Assembly: GCA_013239625.1 (NCBI GenBank)
Contig: MU054220.1
Location: 9,087,367-9,120,739, forward strand
DNA length: 33,373 nt
Direction of reading: 5' to 3'
Origin: Lama guanicoe
Taxonomy: Eukaryota
Both the position numbers and the translations under genes were made by a program. Positions 1 through 10,195 of the stretch are shown here, piece after piece (within the stretch, counting starts at the first letter, position 1; each line of letters opens with the position of its first letter). Under the pieces are notes generated by a model that saw only the letters and a program-made list of their open reading frames with translations, did no database searches and had not been told where the DNA came from.

Positions 1-249
1 GGCCGTAGGCACCCTCATTCCTCTGCTTTGGGGAAGAAGAGATTCACAGCACACCCGTAACTCTCTCCAAAGCTAGAGCCCTCACATATCCTCTCTCTGA
101 TGTCTGTCTGTCCTTGAGGGCTAACCAGAATCTCAAACTTGTTTTCCAATTCTTCCTTTGCCAATTTCGTATAGCTCTGGCATATCACTTGGAATTTTAT
201 GTTTGGTTTGCTCTTGTTTTAAAATTACTATTATGTTTCCACCGCTGGA

Positions 250-310
250 GAGTGGTGGGTCTAGGATATAAACATACGTCAACCTGACTCCAAAGCGCCT
301 GCTCTGTAAG
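250..310 (-). mobile_element. MIR SINE fragment
   Basis: 'ctaggatataaacatacgtcaacctgactccaaagcgcctgctct' resembles the reverse-strand MIR 5' part (ggatttgaacccaggtctgtctgactccaaagcccgtgctct); short and diverged. Confidence 0.4.
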
Positions 311-2614
311 ATGTCCCCAGTCTCAAGTCCACAGTCTCCCACCTCTCTCCATCGCGATCAGTATCTCCTTGCCTCCTGACCTCTTTAAATGCTCTAAGAA
401 AGCGTCATTCCCGCCACACTCTTGGGAACCTTTACTTTGGTTTCTGAAGGAGAATCTATTCCAGCTCTTACATGTTAACTTTAAAGAACCCACTAACATT
501 AACCTCTTCTTCCTTTTCTTGTTCTTTATCCAGGAAGTTTCTTTGTGGGAACATCTGTATGGCAACTGATCTTCCCACACAGCGTCTTAGAATGTGACAG
601 CAGCTATTTTCCTTCTCAGACAGACCTTGTATAATCAGCAACTATGTTAGTATCAAGAATGTTCACCTGAGCATTCTAAAGATCCTGTTTTTTTTTTTTC
701 AGTAAATAGATTTGGCTGCTGAGCGGCATAATTTATTCTGTTTTCCCTTTGAAATATATTTAATCACAAACTAGAAGGTCAGATGGGCCTATATTTACAG
801 ACTGATAATTTCAGTCATTTCTAATTTATTTGGTTGTATTTTTAAAAAACAAAAGAATGGTAGTCTAATGTATGCAAGAAATATTAACTGGGATTGAGAA
901 GACTGATAATACCTGATCAGACACCCACATAAGATTGTTGATAAATGTATATAATAGAACTTTGTAAAACGTAGTGGGATTTTAATACTGTTACCCATCC
1001 CCACACCTCGCTTCATAATGCACAGAAAAGTATTGGTTACATTCATCAAGAAAATATACATAATCCAAAGACACATAGTTGAAAAAACACTTTATTATTA
1101 AAAGTTCTACATTTGTCAACATTGAAATTTCATTTTATGAGGTTAGCGAGAATACGTTGAGGGGGACATTGCTTTAATTCTGATCCACTAAATTGTAAAC
1201 TAGTGAATACTTTGAATATATTCTTCAAACCATTTGTAATATATCAGAATCATGATAGGTTTTGACAAAGCAAAAGATGCAGACATCATCTTTGTTTTTT
1301 ACCTTTGTGTTTGCCAATTATTTATCTTGCCTTTCCCCAGATTTTATTTGATTCATTCTGTTCAAATAATGTACAATGAGATCAAGCCACAGGAACTCCA
1401 AACGCTCAGACTATGATTGCCAGCCAGTAAATAGGTTCTCTTTCAACTTCATTTAAATAACAGCTCCTGAATCTTCTTATAATGAAAGGAGCCTGAAATA
1501 AAAAGATTGCTCTCTTTTACATGAAACACTCCTCCACACACATTTTAGTAAAACCAGCATCTCTAAATCATCCCTTTGATAATTATGGAATTAAACACAA
1601 TTTCCAATTACACAAAAGAGAAATTATCTAGCATAAGTGTAGGTTAAGTCAGTAATAGAGTTAATTAAAATGAGCACAGGTAGAAATAGCCTTGGGGGAG
1701 GGGCAGAGCGGTCATTTCTCAAAGTGAAGAAATGAAAAGCCAAAGGGGAAGCACGGTAATAAAAAGAAAACCCAAGTAAGCTACAAATAGATATGTATCT
1801 AATTTAAGTCAGTTTAAAAGCTAAATATTTTTTCCTGCCATCTCATTACATTAGTCAGATTTTCCGAAGATCAGTTAATTCTGTGTCCTCTGAATGCATG
1901 AGCACTGTAGTCCTTCTCAGAAGTTATACTGATGAAATGATTGGGGAACACTTAGCATTAACCTTAAACTGTGCAGTTTATGTGCTTGATGTGAACTCTG
2001 TTAGCTGCATGTTGATGTTAATTTTTACCATAGCAGAACAGTTTGTTTTATGGTCTGTAGGTCTTTTAGAAAGTACTTAAAACTTCCTCTTGGTTGTGAT
2101 CCGTAGCATCTAGAGATATGAACCTACTGCTGTCCTCATGTGTACTGTGTAGGATAGATGTACTTATGTTCATATACTGATTTTGGTTTGGGTTTTACTC
2201 CCGTTTTCTCTATTTGACTGTAAACTTTGAGGACCAAGAGAGTGAGTTACCAGGTTATCATTTCATGTATGCTGAGGGATATATTTATCTGTGTAACCAA
2301 GCGGGAGCCTATTGCCATCATCGGTGACCACCTGATCTCTGTAATGGTGTTTGTAACTGCTTAGCTGTGTAGTGCTTTAAAGGGCTTTTCTCATGCTCTT
2401 GCTGGCCAGGGTTGGGTTGGAAAGGAGGGAGGCTTGGGTCGTCTGTCCAACCCCGTCGTGGTGCTGTGTGTGGGGACTGACCTCAGTGCCCTGCTCTTGA
2501 ACCTGACACCTCAGAAATGGCAGTTGGGTGTTTTGTGCATCTTACTGTTCATAACTCACTCCAACTGCCCCACGTCTGCAGTTTCTTTTGCCCCCTTGTG
2601 GTTTGCCTGTATCC

Positions 2615-3106
2615 TGTTGTTCGAGCTGCAGGCCTCAGCCTACAGCAGGAGATCCTAGGCCTCAGCCTGCTTAAAAGGCTAGAAGCGTTTATCAGCCTGA
2701 GTTTAAACTGTACATGCTTTTCTCTAGAGCACTTTTCCACAAACTCCCTTCCTACGCATCCTTTGTTCTAGGTACATGAATGTTAAGAGGGTCCCAAAGC
2801 CAGAGGTGAACTGCATACCCAGCAGAGAGGAGGGGACCGCTGAATCTGCAAAAATAAGAACCTTGCAACAATTTGTTACCCTGTATGTGATCTCTATGGA
2901 AAATAGCTCCACCCCTTGAACTCAAACCTTTACTATAAAACCCCCTGCCTTCTCTCCCTAGCAGGCCCACAGTCTTAGAGGCATTAGCCCACTGTGACCG
3001 GCTTTGCTTGGCAAAGAAGTAAAGCTGCCTTTTTTACTTCATCCAAAATAACTGTCCTCCAGTTTCAATTCGGTAAGAAGGGTATGGAGGCTAAGTTTTG
3101 GCAACA
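2615..3106 (+). mobile_element. Solo LTR, ERV1-like
   Basis: Terminal inverted pentamers TGTTG (2615) ... CAACA (3102-3106); TATAAAA at 2934-2940; variant poly(A) signal AGTAAA at 3018-3023; U5-like tail 'ttcaattcggtaag...ttttggcaaca'. No TSD visible, so the left boundary is tentative. Confidence 0.75.
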
Positions 3107-3335
3107 TATATATATGGGGGGGGAGGTGTTTTTATTTTAATTCAAAATATGTAGTTTTAGGATATATGTTGCCAATTATGTATCTAATTACTTCTTGCTG
3201 CTATAAGGAATCCATAATATGTTCAATGTATGCATCTAATATTTGTATATTTATGTGTATGTATATATAGTATGTGCATATAAATAATAGAGAAATCTAC
3301 ATAAATAGAACGATATCAATATCTGTGTGTGTGCA
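3107..3335. repeat. AT-rich low-complexity region with degenerate (TA)n/(TG)n
   Basis: tatatatat, G-run, tatgtgtatgtatatatag and tgtgtgtgtg tracts between the two LTR elements. Confidence 0.55.
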
Positions 3336-3344
3336 TGTTCAGAT

Positions 3345-3735
3345 TGTATGGTCAGGCCATTCAAGATGGCTGTCCTCTTGCTCTCTGTACATCCCCTGCT
3401 CGACCAGGCCCTGCTTCACTCACATGACTCCGCTTAATTATAGGGCTTAATTAAACTGCCTGCCTGCCCCAGATGTTGGTTTCTCTGGTAACTGAGAGCC
3501 AATCTGACATCAATTACCCCTTAGACGGTAGCCTCCTCCTTCCCCAGGTGGCAAAGATAGCTGCCATGTCCTGCCTTCTGCTGTCCATGGTGGGGTGTTG
3601 GTCCAGGACCTTTGGTTCAGACGTGTAAAATCCCCTCTCCTTTAAACTGTTGATGTCTCTCTCACTGAGCTCTCTTCTTCTGTCTCAAGGCTGGGTAACT
3701 ACGGGGCTTGCAGGCTTGTGGGATGCAGCCCAATA
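3345..3735 (+). repeat. 5' LTR of the class III provirus
   Basis: Starts TGT immediately after the TSD; shares blocks with the 3' LTR (gtcaggccattca, ctcacatgact, ctgcctgcctgccccag, ggtggggtgttggtccaggaccttt, gcttgcaggc, gcagccca). Confidence 0.92.
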
Positions 3736-3737
3736 AT

Positions 3738-3755
3738 CAATGAGCCGACCAGGAG
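3738..3755 (+). promoter_or_regulatory. Degenerate primer-binding site, tRNA-Arg(ACG)-like
   Basis: caatGAGCCgaCCAGGAG, 2 nt after the LTR end, matches TGGCGAGCCAGCCAGGAG (complement of the tRNA-Arg 3' end) at 12/18 positions. Confidence 0.6.
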
Positions 3756-3889
3756 GCCAGGGAAGCTCCCATGAGTGCCAAGAGGTTGGGACATAAGGAC
3801 ACAAAATGGAAAGTTGCCGGAGTAATCCCAAGGTGGCCGTCCACTAGTATGTGGGACCCTGTGGGACCTGTGGCAGCTAACATTTCTCT

Positions 3890-5056
3890 TCTATTGTATC
3901 AGTAATATTCTTTAACCTCAGAGCGTCTTTCCATTTTAAAAGCTTGTGGCTCGTCTGATTGCATGGGGGTGACTGGGGAATACAGACAAAAACACAAGGC
4001 CTGGATTATCTATGAAATGCAAGCATGCCCCTAACCCACCACCTTTAAACAGTTAAAGACATAGGTTTTATTTTCAGAACAGGCTTGTGAACCAGTTAAC
4101 CAGAAGGGTTTGGTTGGGGCTTGTGGCAACAGCAAAATAATAAGAGTACCATTGGGCTTCTGGTCCCAGCTATGGCAGGGGACAGAGCAATGATACAGTG
4201 TGATGGAACAACAGCTGTATGCGATCTACAGGGCGTTATAACAGGTGGAAGACATTACAAAAGGCCTATCCAAGTCATCAGGCAACACAACACAAAAAGA
4301 CCCACTTTACCCATCCTGTGGTTTAGTAATGGGCCAATAAAATGACATACACTGGCGTTTCCACCTGCCCTACAGCCCCCCTGCTGCCAGGCTAATGAAC
4401 AGAATGAACGGACTACTTAACAACCACTAAGACAGGAAATCTTCTCTCACAACATGTGTACCAGCAGGCTAACTCAAGCCCTAGGAACTATAACTGAACA
4501 TCCCAGGAGCATCATCCCAGTGCTTACACCGTGTCCGCCCAGAAGCAACTGGTCAACACAATCCGAGTTCAACTGTTGACCACCAAAGGATGGACGGACT
4601 ATTGCCAACCATCAGTCAGGACAATGACTCACTTTTGCCCTTGCCACAGGGTCTACCCCCCCCCCCAGGGGAACACGTTATAAAATGGCCCTGGGACTGG
4701 CAGGCAAGTCCCCAGTTTTGCGTTTACCACCCTGTGGCGAATAGGGTTAGAAAGGGATTTACAGAGTTTACCTGTCTTCGACCCGTCCCCACCTAAAACT
4801 ACAAGGTAGTTAGTCCAGGCAGCCTGCTGGAGAAAGGCACCACGATGTTAACCTTGCGGTCGGCTGTTACACCGCCTCGCCAGTGTTCAGCACCAGCTGT
4901 GGGGACTCAGGGTGGGCAGGCAGTGTGTTACTGCAGATCAGGACAAACCACAGGCAGGGGCGCTGTTACCTCAGAATGCTGTTACTGCTTGTGTTGTATT
5001 TAATGGCCATGATCTTCCCTGTGTTGTGTCTGCTAAACATCTTACATTTTGTCCTC
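3890..5056 (+). pseudogene. pol: Fragmentary retroviral pol (RT scraps, connection domain, integrase core and C-terminus)
   Basis: MQACP*PTTFKQL (RT thumb, ~4016-4055); PEGFGWGLWQQQ then frameshift to RVPLGFWSQLWQGTEQ*YSVMEQQLYAIYRAL*QVE (4099-4250); THFT..WA and NDIHWRFHLPYSPPAARLMNRMNGLL (4300-4420); KPQAGALLPQNAVTACVVFNGHDLPCVVSAKHL (IN C-terminal-like). Multiple stops, frameshifts and deletions. Confidence 0.85.
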
Positions 5057-5101
5057 AGTCTGAGCGAAGGGAATCTGTTTTGGGCCACGAACAGTGGTGG
5101 C

Positions 5102-5317
5102 CTCACTGAGAAAGGAGTTTGATTGCTGGGTCTACAGTGAGATGCTGTTGTCCTCCTCTGGAACTACCCGATAAGCACCTGGCTCAAAGTTTGCCCACCT
5201 CTTGGACTCTTGATACTCTTTAGCTGTCTATATTGCCTTTGTGGTATTTGGTTGCAGTGCACCTGTACACCCCTGACCCCAGGGATATCAGCGAAGAAGG
5301 GCAGATCAAGATTGTAA
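5102..5317 (+). pseudogene. Possible env transmembrane-subunit remnant
   Basis: One frame reads LTEKGV*LLGLQ*D...WLKVCPPLGLLILFSCLYCLCGIWLQCTCT...SRL*: a hydrophobic, Cys-rich segment ending just before the PPT and 3' LTR. Confidence 0.5.
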
Positions 5318-5344
5318 GGGTCATGCGGGGTGTGTAGGGATGGA

Positions 5345-5805
5345 GTTCTAGTCAGGCCATTCAGGATGACCTCTTGCTCTCCGTACGTCCCCTGCTTGAC
5401 AAGGCCCATACTCACATGACTATCCAGGCCCCTTAAATACAGGGCTTAATTAGCAACTGCCTGCCTGCCCCAGCTGCTGGTTTCCCTGGTAACTAATGAG
5501 CCAACCTGAAGTCAATTCCCCCTAAATGGTAGCCGCCTCCCCAGAGTAGTGAAGATTGTTGCCTGCTGTCTTCCATCTATGGTGGGGTGTTGGTCCAGGA
5601 CCTTTGTTTCAGACCTGTCAGACCCCCTGTCCAGTAGGCTGTTGATGTGGCAGTCACTGGGTTTTTCTGTCCCATAGGCTGTTGATGTGGCAGTCACTGG
5701 GTTTTTCTGTCCCATAGGCTGTTGATGTGGCGGTCGCAGGGTTTTTCTCCTGTCTTGAGGCTGAGCAGCCACAAGGCTTGCAGGCCTGTGGGGTGCAGCC
5801 CAGCA
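5345..5805 (+). repeat. 3' LTR of the class III provirus
   Basis: Preceded by purine-rich agggatggag (ERVL-type PPT, 5336-5345); homologous to 3345-3735; ends gcagcccagCA, followed by the TSD. Confidence 0.92.
5635..5748. repeat. 40-bp tandem repeat (~2.8 copies) inside the 3' LTR
   Basis: taggctgttgatgtggcagtcactgggtttttctgtccca at 5635 and 5675 (identical) plus a diverged partial copy at 5715. Confidence 0.95.
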
Positions 5806-6579
5806 CAGATAGTCAAGAGGATGAGGAACATAAAAAAACAGTAAACCAAAAGATACTTGGCAGTTTAAGGAGTGCAATTTATTTTAAATAGAGGATTAAT
5901 TAAAACATTTTTTCATCATAGATGAATGGGTACTTATGGCTTGTAATAAAATGCAAAAAAGTGCTGGGTCTAAAGCGACTTCAAGGAAAATAAAATTAGT
6001 GTGCCCTAAAAACTGTTAGAGGGAACAAAGCCTTCTGTGTTGACAACGACCTGATGTTGTAGAGAGTTAGAATAAAATTGGTTTATAAATTATGAGACTG
6101 GAGATCATAGAGGTTTTCCTACATTTTTCTATTGTCATACGGTTGTAACTTTCACACTTAGGCCTTTAACTAAAAGTAGATTCTATTTTTGTAAGTAATA
6201 TAAGATGGTAAGTCATTTTTTTGACATCAGCTTAAAGGAACATTTTTGTAACAGCATGTGTGTAATTCAGTTTACCCAGATAATACATTATATACCATAT
6301 ATGTTTATATCTACTATGTGTGTATGTAAAATTTAAAAAGCAAACTTTAAAATTATATACAATTATTTAATATGTTTGCTTGGTTAAATTAATTCCAGGT
6401 TAAATTCTTTCACTTGTGTCTGAAACAAGCTTGAACAACTGAGGTTATATGAAATATTTCTCAGGTGAGACCATATTAAAATATATTTTGTCTGCCATTG
6501 TGTCACCAGACCTGTCAGAAAAAAGATACTGAGAAAATAATTAGAAGTCTATGGTAATAGTCTTAGTCTTGAGATGAAA

Positions 6580-6748
6580 TAAGCTTTATAGACGGAGTTG
6601 ACTATTCGTATTTCTAATTTACAGATAATAAAACTAAGGCTTATTAGTGCTAAGTAACTTTTGCTGAAATTTCATTTAGTGAGGAGAATATCTAAGATTT
6701 ATATGTCGCTCCATCGGTCTACTCTTAAACTCAGGCTTCATCCACTAA
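6580..6748 (-). mobile_element. MIR SINE fragment
   Basis: 'atttacagataataaaactaaggct...taagtaactt' matches the reverse MIR core (tttacagatgaggaaactgaggc..ttaagtaacttgccc). Confidence 0.65.
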
Positions 6749-6750
6749 AC

Positions 6751-7051
6751 CAGGAGTCTGTAGACTTTTTCTCAAAAGGACCATATATAAATATTTAAAG
6801 CTTTGCAGCCCATATTGTGTGTCTGTTGCAACTGCTGTAGACAACATGTAAACAAATAAGCATGGCTGTGTTCCAATACAATGGTATTTATAGACATAAT
6901 TCTTGTTGCATAAAGTTTTCACACCATGAAATATTATTCTTCCCTCAGTTTTTTTCAGCTATTTGAAATATTTGAAAATTCTTTGCTTATATGCTCTACA
7001 GAAACAGGAGGCAGACTGGGTTTTGCCCACAGTCTGATTTTTCAGCCTCTG
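6751..7051. mobile_element. MER58B-like hAT-Charlie non-autonomous DNA transposon
   Basis: Termini CAGGAGTC...GCCTCTG; perfect 8-bp TSD CACTAAAC (6743-6750, 7052-7059); diagnostic 'catggctgtgttccaata' and 'gaaatattattctt'. Confidence 0.9.
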
Positions 7052-7254
7052 CACTAAACCATTTTAAACTTAGGCCGTCAGACAAGGGTTGAAGTTTGTA
7101 TTTCCACTGTGAAATGCTGCAATGAGGTCATTTTACCTTAAGAGTGTAGATGAAGTGGTTTTTTTATGGCATCTAAAATAGATACCTAGTAGCCAGACAA
7201 AAATGCAAAACCGAAGTTTAAGATAAATGTTAGCAATGGTAAATATTTAAGAGT

Positions 7255-7650
7255 CATTCCCATGAGGTTATATATAACTCAAGCTGAAATAGTATTTGAA
7301 AGGGTGACTTTGGAAATAGCCACGGCCATGCAGTGGAAGGGGAGAAAGGAGCAAGAGAACCTGGCATATGTATGGAGATACCCGTGAAAAGGGTAGAATT
7401 AAGATGAACAAATTCATGGAAAACAGGGAAGGAGATAGTTTCATGAAAGAGGAGCAGGGCTAACAACAAATCCATGAGGACAAGGAAAAGTTCATGGCTC
7501 CATGTGGCAGCTGAGTCGGTTGACCATGATCTCTGATAGAAGAGTCACTATAGAAAAGTTAGCATGGAAGGCAGGGTACAGGTGCTTAAGTAGGAGGCGG
7601 AAAGAAATCCAACTTTCTATTAGAAATGGACTTTTCAAAAGGAGACTGTA
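7255..7650 (-). mobile_element. Probable L2 LINE fragment
   Basis: Purine-rich, gag/gga-rich stretch with the texture of reverse-strand L2; no sharp diagnostic motif. Confidence 0.35.
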
Positions 7651-8164
7651 TTCAAGTTATCTAAAAATTCAATGCTTAATAAATGCTTACTTTACAGAAA
7701 TCTTTGTATTTCATACGTAAGCATGGACAGCAATAAATGGAGGCAGTGGTGTTTACACACAAACCTGTAATGTCTGAGATTTAGGAACTGCTGTGGTTTG
7801 GTTGTCATATTCTAGGGCTTCCATGAGCATTTACCTATTTGTTGTAATTTTTCCCATGTAATTGCAACTTTTATTTCAGTGTGTGTTAACATATGTGGCA
7901 TATCTCTAATTTGGAACTTGTGGTGAATCTGCCACACTTCCAACTTTAAATGACATGCTGACTCTAATTTTGGACCTTAGATCTCTGCATAGGGGATGAA
8001 ATTGGCTTAAAAGTAGCTCCCAGATTGATATTTTCAGGGCAAGAAAAGTTGGACAGAATGAAAATAATGAAATGTGGAAATCTATCACCTCCAGAGCATA
8101 GAAAGTTTTTCAACAGAAAGTATAATCTATAAAGGTGGGGTAAATTGTTTCTAATTTAGAGTCT

Positions 8165-8390
8165 TAGAAGATAACATATGGCATATATTAAAATGAAATT
8201 CATTTAAAGAATTATGACAGAGGTGTAGGGAAGATTAGGAGAACACACAAGGCATGTTAGCGGAAGAAGCTGCTTTTATGCTGAGGACTGAAGGGTCAAG
8301 TGGACAAAATAGTTCCCAGAATTCAGTGAGACCTGAGGCTAAGAAGGAGGGTCTGCCGTAGAGTCAGCCTTCCAGAAAAAGTATTGCGAT
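8165..8390. mobile_element. Ancient LTR fragment (MaLR/ERVL-type)
   Basis: 'aagaattatgacagaggtgtagggaagattaggaga...aggactgaagggtcaag' resembles old eutherian LTR relics; family not assignable by eye. Confidence 0.35.
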
Positions 8391-8405
8391 TGGAGGAGAA
8401 GACTT

Positions 8406-8555
8406 TTTTTTTTAAATTGTAGTTTTTATTTATTTATTTATTTGTTTATTTTGGTGGGAGGAGGTAATTAGGTTTATTTATTTTTAGAGGAGGTACTGGG
8501 ATTTGAACCCAGGACCTCACGCATGCACTCTACTGCTTGGGCTATACCCTTCCCC
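8406..8555 (-). mobile_element. tRNA-derived camelid SINE (Vic-1-type)
   Basis: Minus strand reads GGGGAAGGGTATAGCCCAAGCAGTAGAG...GGTCCTGGGTTCAAATCCCAGTACCTCC (A/B boxes), then AAATAAACCTAATTACCTCC and an A-rich tail; perfect 16-bp TSD ttggaggagaagactt (8390-8405, 8556-8571). Confidence 0.92.
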
Positions 8556-8984
8556 TTGGAGGAGAAGACTTACTGGTTCTTAGGCATTTAACAAAATGGC
8601 TATGGACAAGATCTTTGCCTGTAAAATATTGGCTGATGTTGCATTTCAGATATCTGGAAACATTTTAACCAACTGACTTTACTTCATTTAGAGTACATCT
8701 GAGCATATTGTGATGCATACATACTGTGTGCTGTTTTCTGAAATGAAACATACTGGATTTCTTACTTCACAAAATACGAATTTCTCCTACAGTCTTGAGT
8801 AACCAAAATTCTCTGCCACCTGTTTCACATATTTCTAATCAACTTTAATATCTTAGCTCCATTTGAAAATATTAACAGCAACATTTTTGACATATTGTTT
8901 GAAAAGAAGTACTATGAAACTGTACTCTATTACACTAATATATATCTTTCTTTTACTATATTTCTATTTAATGACCTTGAATAA

Positions 8985-9265
8985 GATTAATCCATTGAGT
9001 CACTAAGTGTCTCTTTATATGTATGTAGTATTTTCCTGGGCACCAGGGAGGATACTAATTAGAAAACAGCATTCTAGCATATGATGCCTACAGTCAGTTT
9101 GTAGGGAATAAAGTTACCTACCAACAAATATATTGGAGTTGAGAAGAGATAAAAACTAGAGGAAAAGAGTAAAGCAACAGCTTCATAAAGGATGCAATGT
9201 CTGAGCTCAGAATTTAGGACTGGGATATGCAGAGTGACAGGTTATTTTCCAATTACAGGGAGCAG
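8985..9265 (-). mobile_element. L2 LINE 3' end fragment
   Basis: 'taatccattgagtcactaagtgtct..tatgt..ctgggcaccagggaggatac..aaaacag' follows the reverse L2 3' terminus pattern. Confidence 0.5.
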
Positions 9266-9999
9266 AGATGATACCTCCCTCCAACTGTGATAATTGCACA
9301 TAAACAGGTCCTGGGTGCCACCAACACCACTGTAAATGGAAATAAATAAGCAGTGGTGCAGTGTTAGCGATCATTTGCTCTCTGGAGGAATACCATTCTA
9401 TCTATCAGATTGTATAACAATGGGCAAGGTGACAATATCAAACTTTAAAAAACGCTGAGTAAGCACTTTGCCCTAATATGCTGTGACCACAGAATTTGTA
9501 TCAAATCATAAAACATTCTAAGTGATCACCTCCCCAATAAATTTCCAACTTTTGAACTCGAAACATTTTTATCTAGTTTGGAACAGCAACTGTAAGTTTT
9601 ATTCTCGTGGAATTTGAGAAACTAGAATCATTTACATTGAAAATCAAGATGCAGGTCCTTTAAAACAGCTGCAAGCTTAGTTGTCTCTAGTCAGTTCTTA
9701 AACTACTAAAAGGAGAATTGATGTCTGAAAAAAACCAGAAAGAAGAAATAAGGGGTTTGAAAAAGATATGCATCACAAACCTGGCTAAATGATGATTATT
9801 CCTTAACGGTCAGCTAGCTTACCAGTGTGGAAGTTAAAAAGTTTAAAAATATCTGTAGTTACAAATATCTGCTCAGTGTTAACTCTAATTTGTTTTATTT
9901 TCTTTTGTATTTATTTTCCTGACAACTTTGTCAATGTTTGTTTGGTAACAGTGTGGACTTAGTATGATATGGTGACTATCACAAGCAAATTCTGCACAT

Positions 10000-10193
10000 G
10001 TGTTCCCATTCCAGAGCTCCAAAAGCAATTGACTGAGGCCTTTGTTAGAGATGTATCATGGGTCAACCTGTTCTTTTACCCAGACTTGCTTCTCTGCCCC
10101 TGAAAAATTGTTCTCAAGAGCACTCACCAATAAATCTCATAGGTGCAAACATCAGTGTATCAGAGCCCATATCACAGAAAACCCAGCCTAAGT
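10000..10193 (+). mobile_element. ERVL LTR 3' end (LTR16/LTR33-like)
   Basis: 'aagagcactcaccAATAAAtctc...gtgcaaacatc...tcagag...aaaacccagcctaag' matches the R/U5 end of old ERVL LTRs. Confidence 0.65.
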
Positions 10194-10195
10194 TG

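Larger units (their letters stand above)
3345..5805 (+). mobile_element. Internally deleted class III endogenous retrovirus (ERV-L/ERV-S-like) with both LTRs
   Basis: Perfect 5-bp TSD CAGAT (3340-3344 and 5806-5810); homologous direct repeats 3345-3735 and ~5345-5805; PBS-like and PPT-like motifs at the expected places; pol peptides EGFGWGLWQ, RVPLGFWSQLWQG..YSVMEQQL and IHWRFHLPYSP.AA.L..RMNGLL. Confidence 0.93.

Noticed and set aside
1340..1900. AT-rich stretch with many TAAT motifs, possibly a conserved enhancer
   Set aside because: Motif density is explained by base composition; conservation cannot be seen from one sequence
133..2970. Short ORFs (60-93 aa) on both strands
   Set aside because: No recognisable domains; they overlap MIR or LTR sequence and have lengths expected by chance
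5635..5748. CRISPR-like direct repeats
   Set aside because: Units are head-to-tail with no unique spacers, lie in a mammalian LTR, and there are no cas genes
5512..5877. 121-aa minus-strand ORF
   Set aside because: Antisense to the 3' LTR and its tandem repeat; no protein similarity recognised
8480..8555. Possible tRNA gene
   Set aside because: It is the head of a SINE with a tail and TSD; the anticodon arm looks shortened
9325..9358. caccactg...cagtggtg hairpin
   Set aside because: An 8-bp stem is expected by chance in 33 kb
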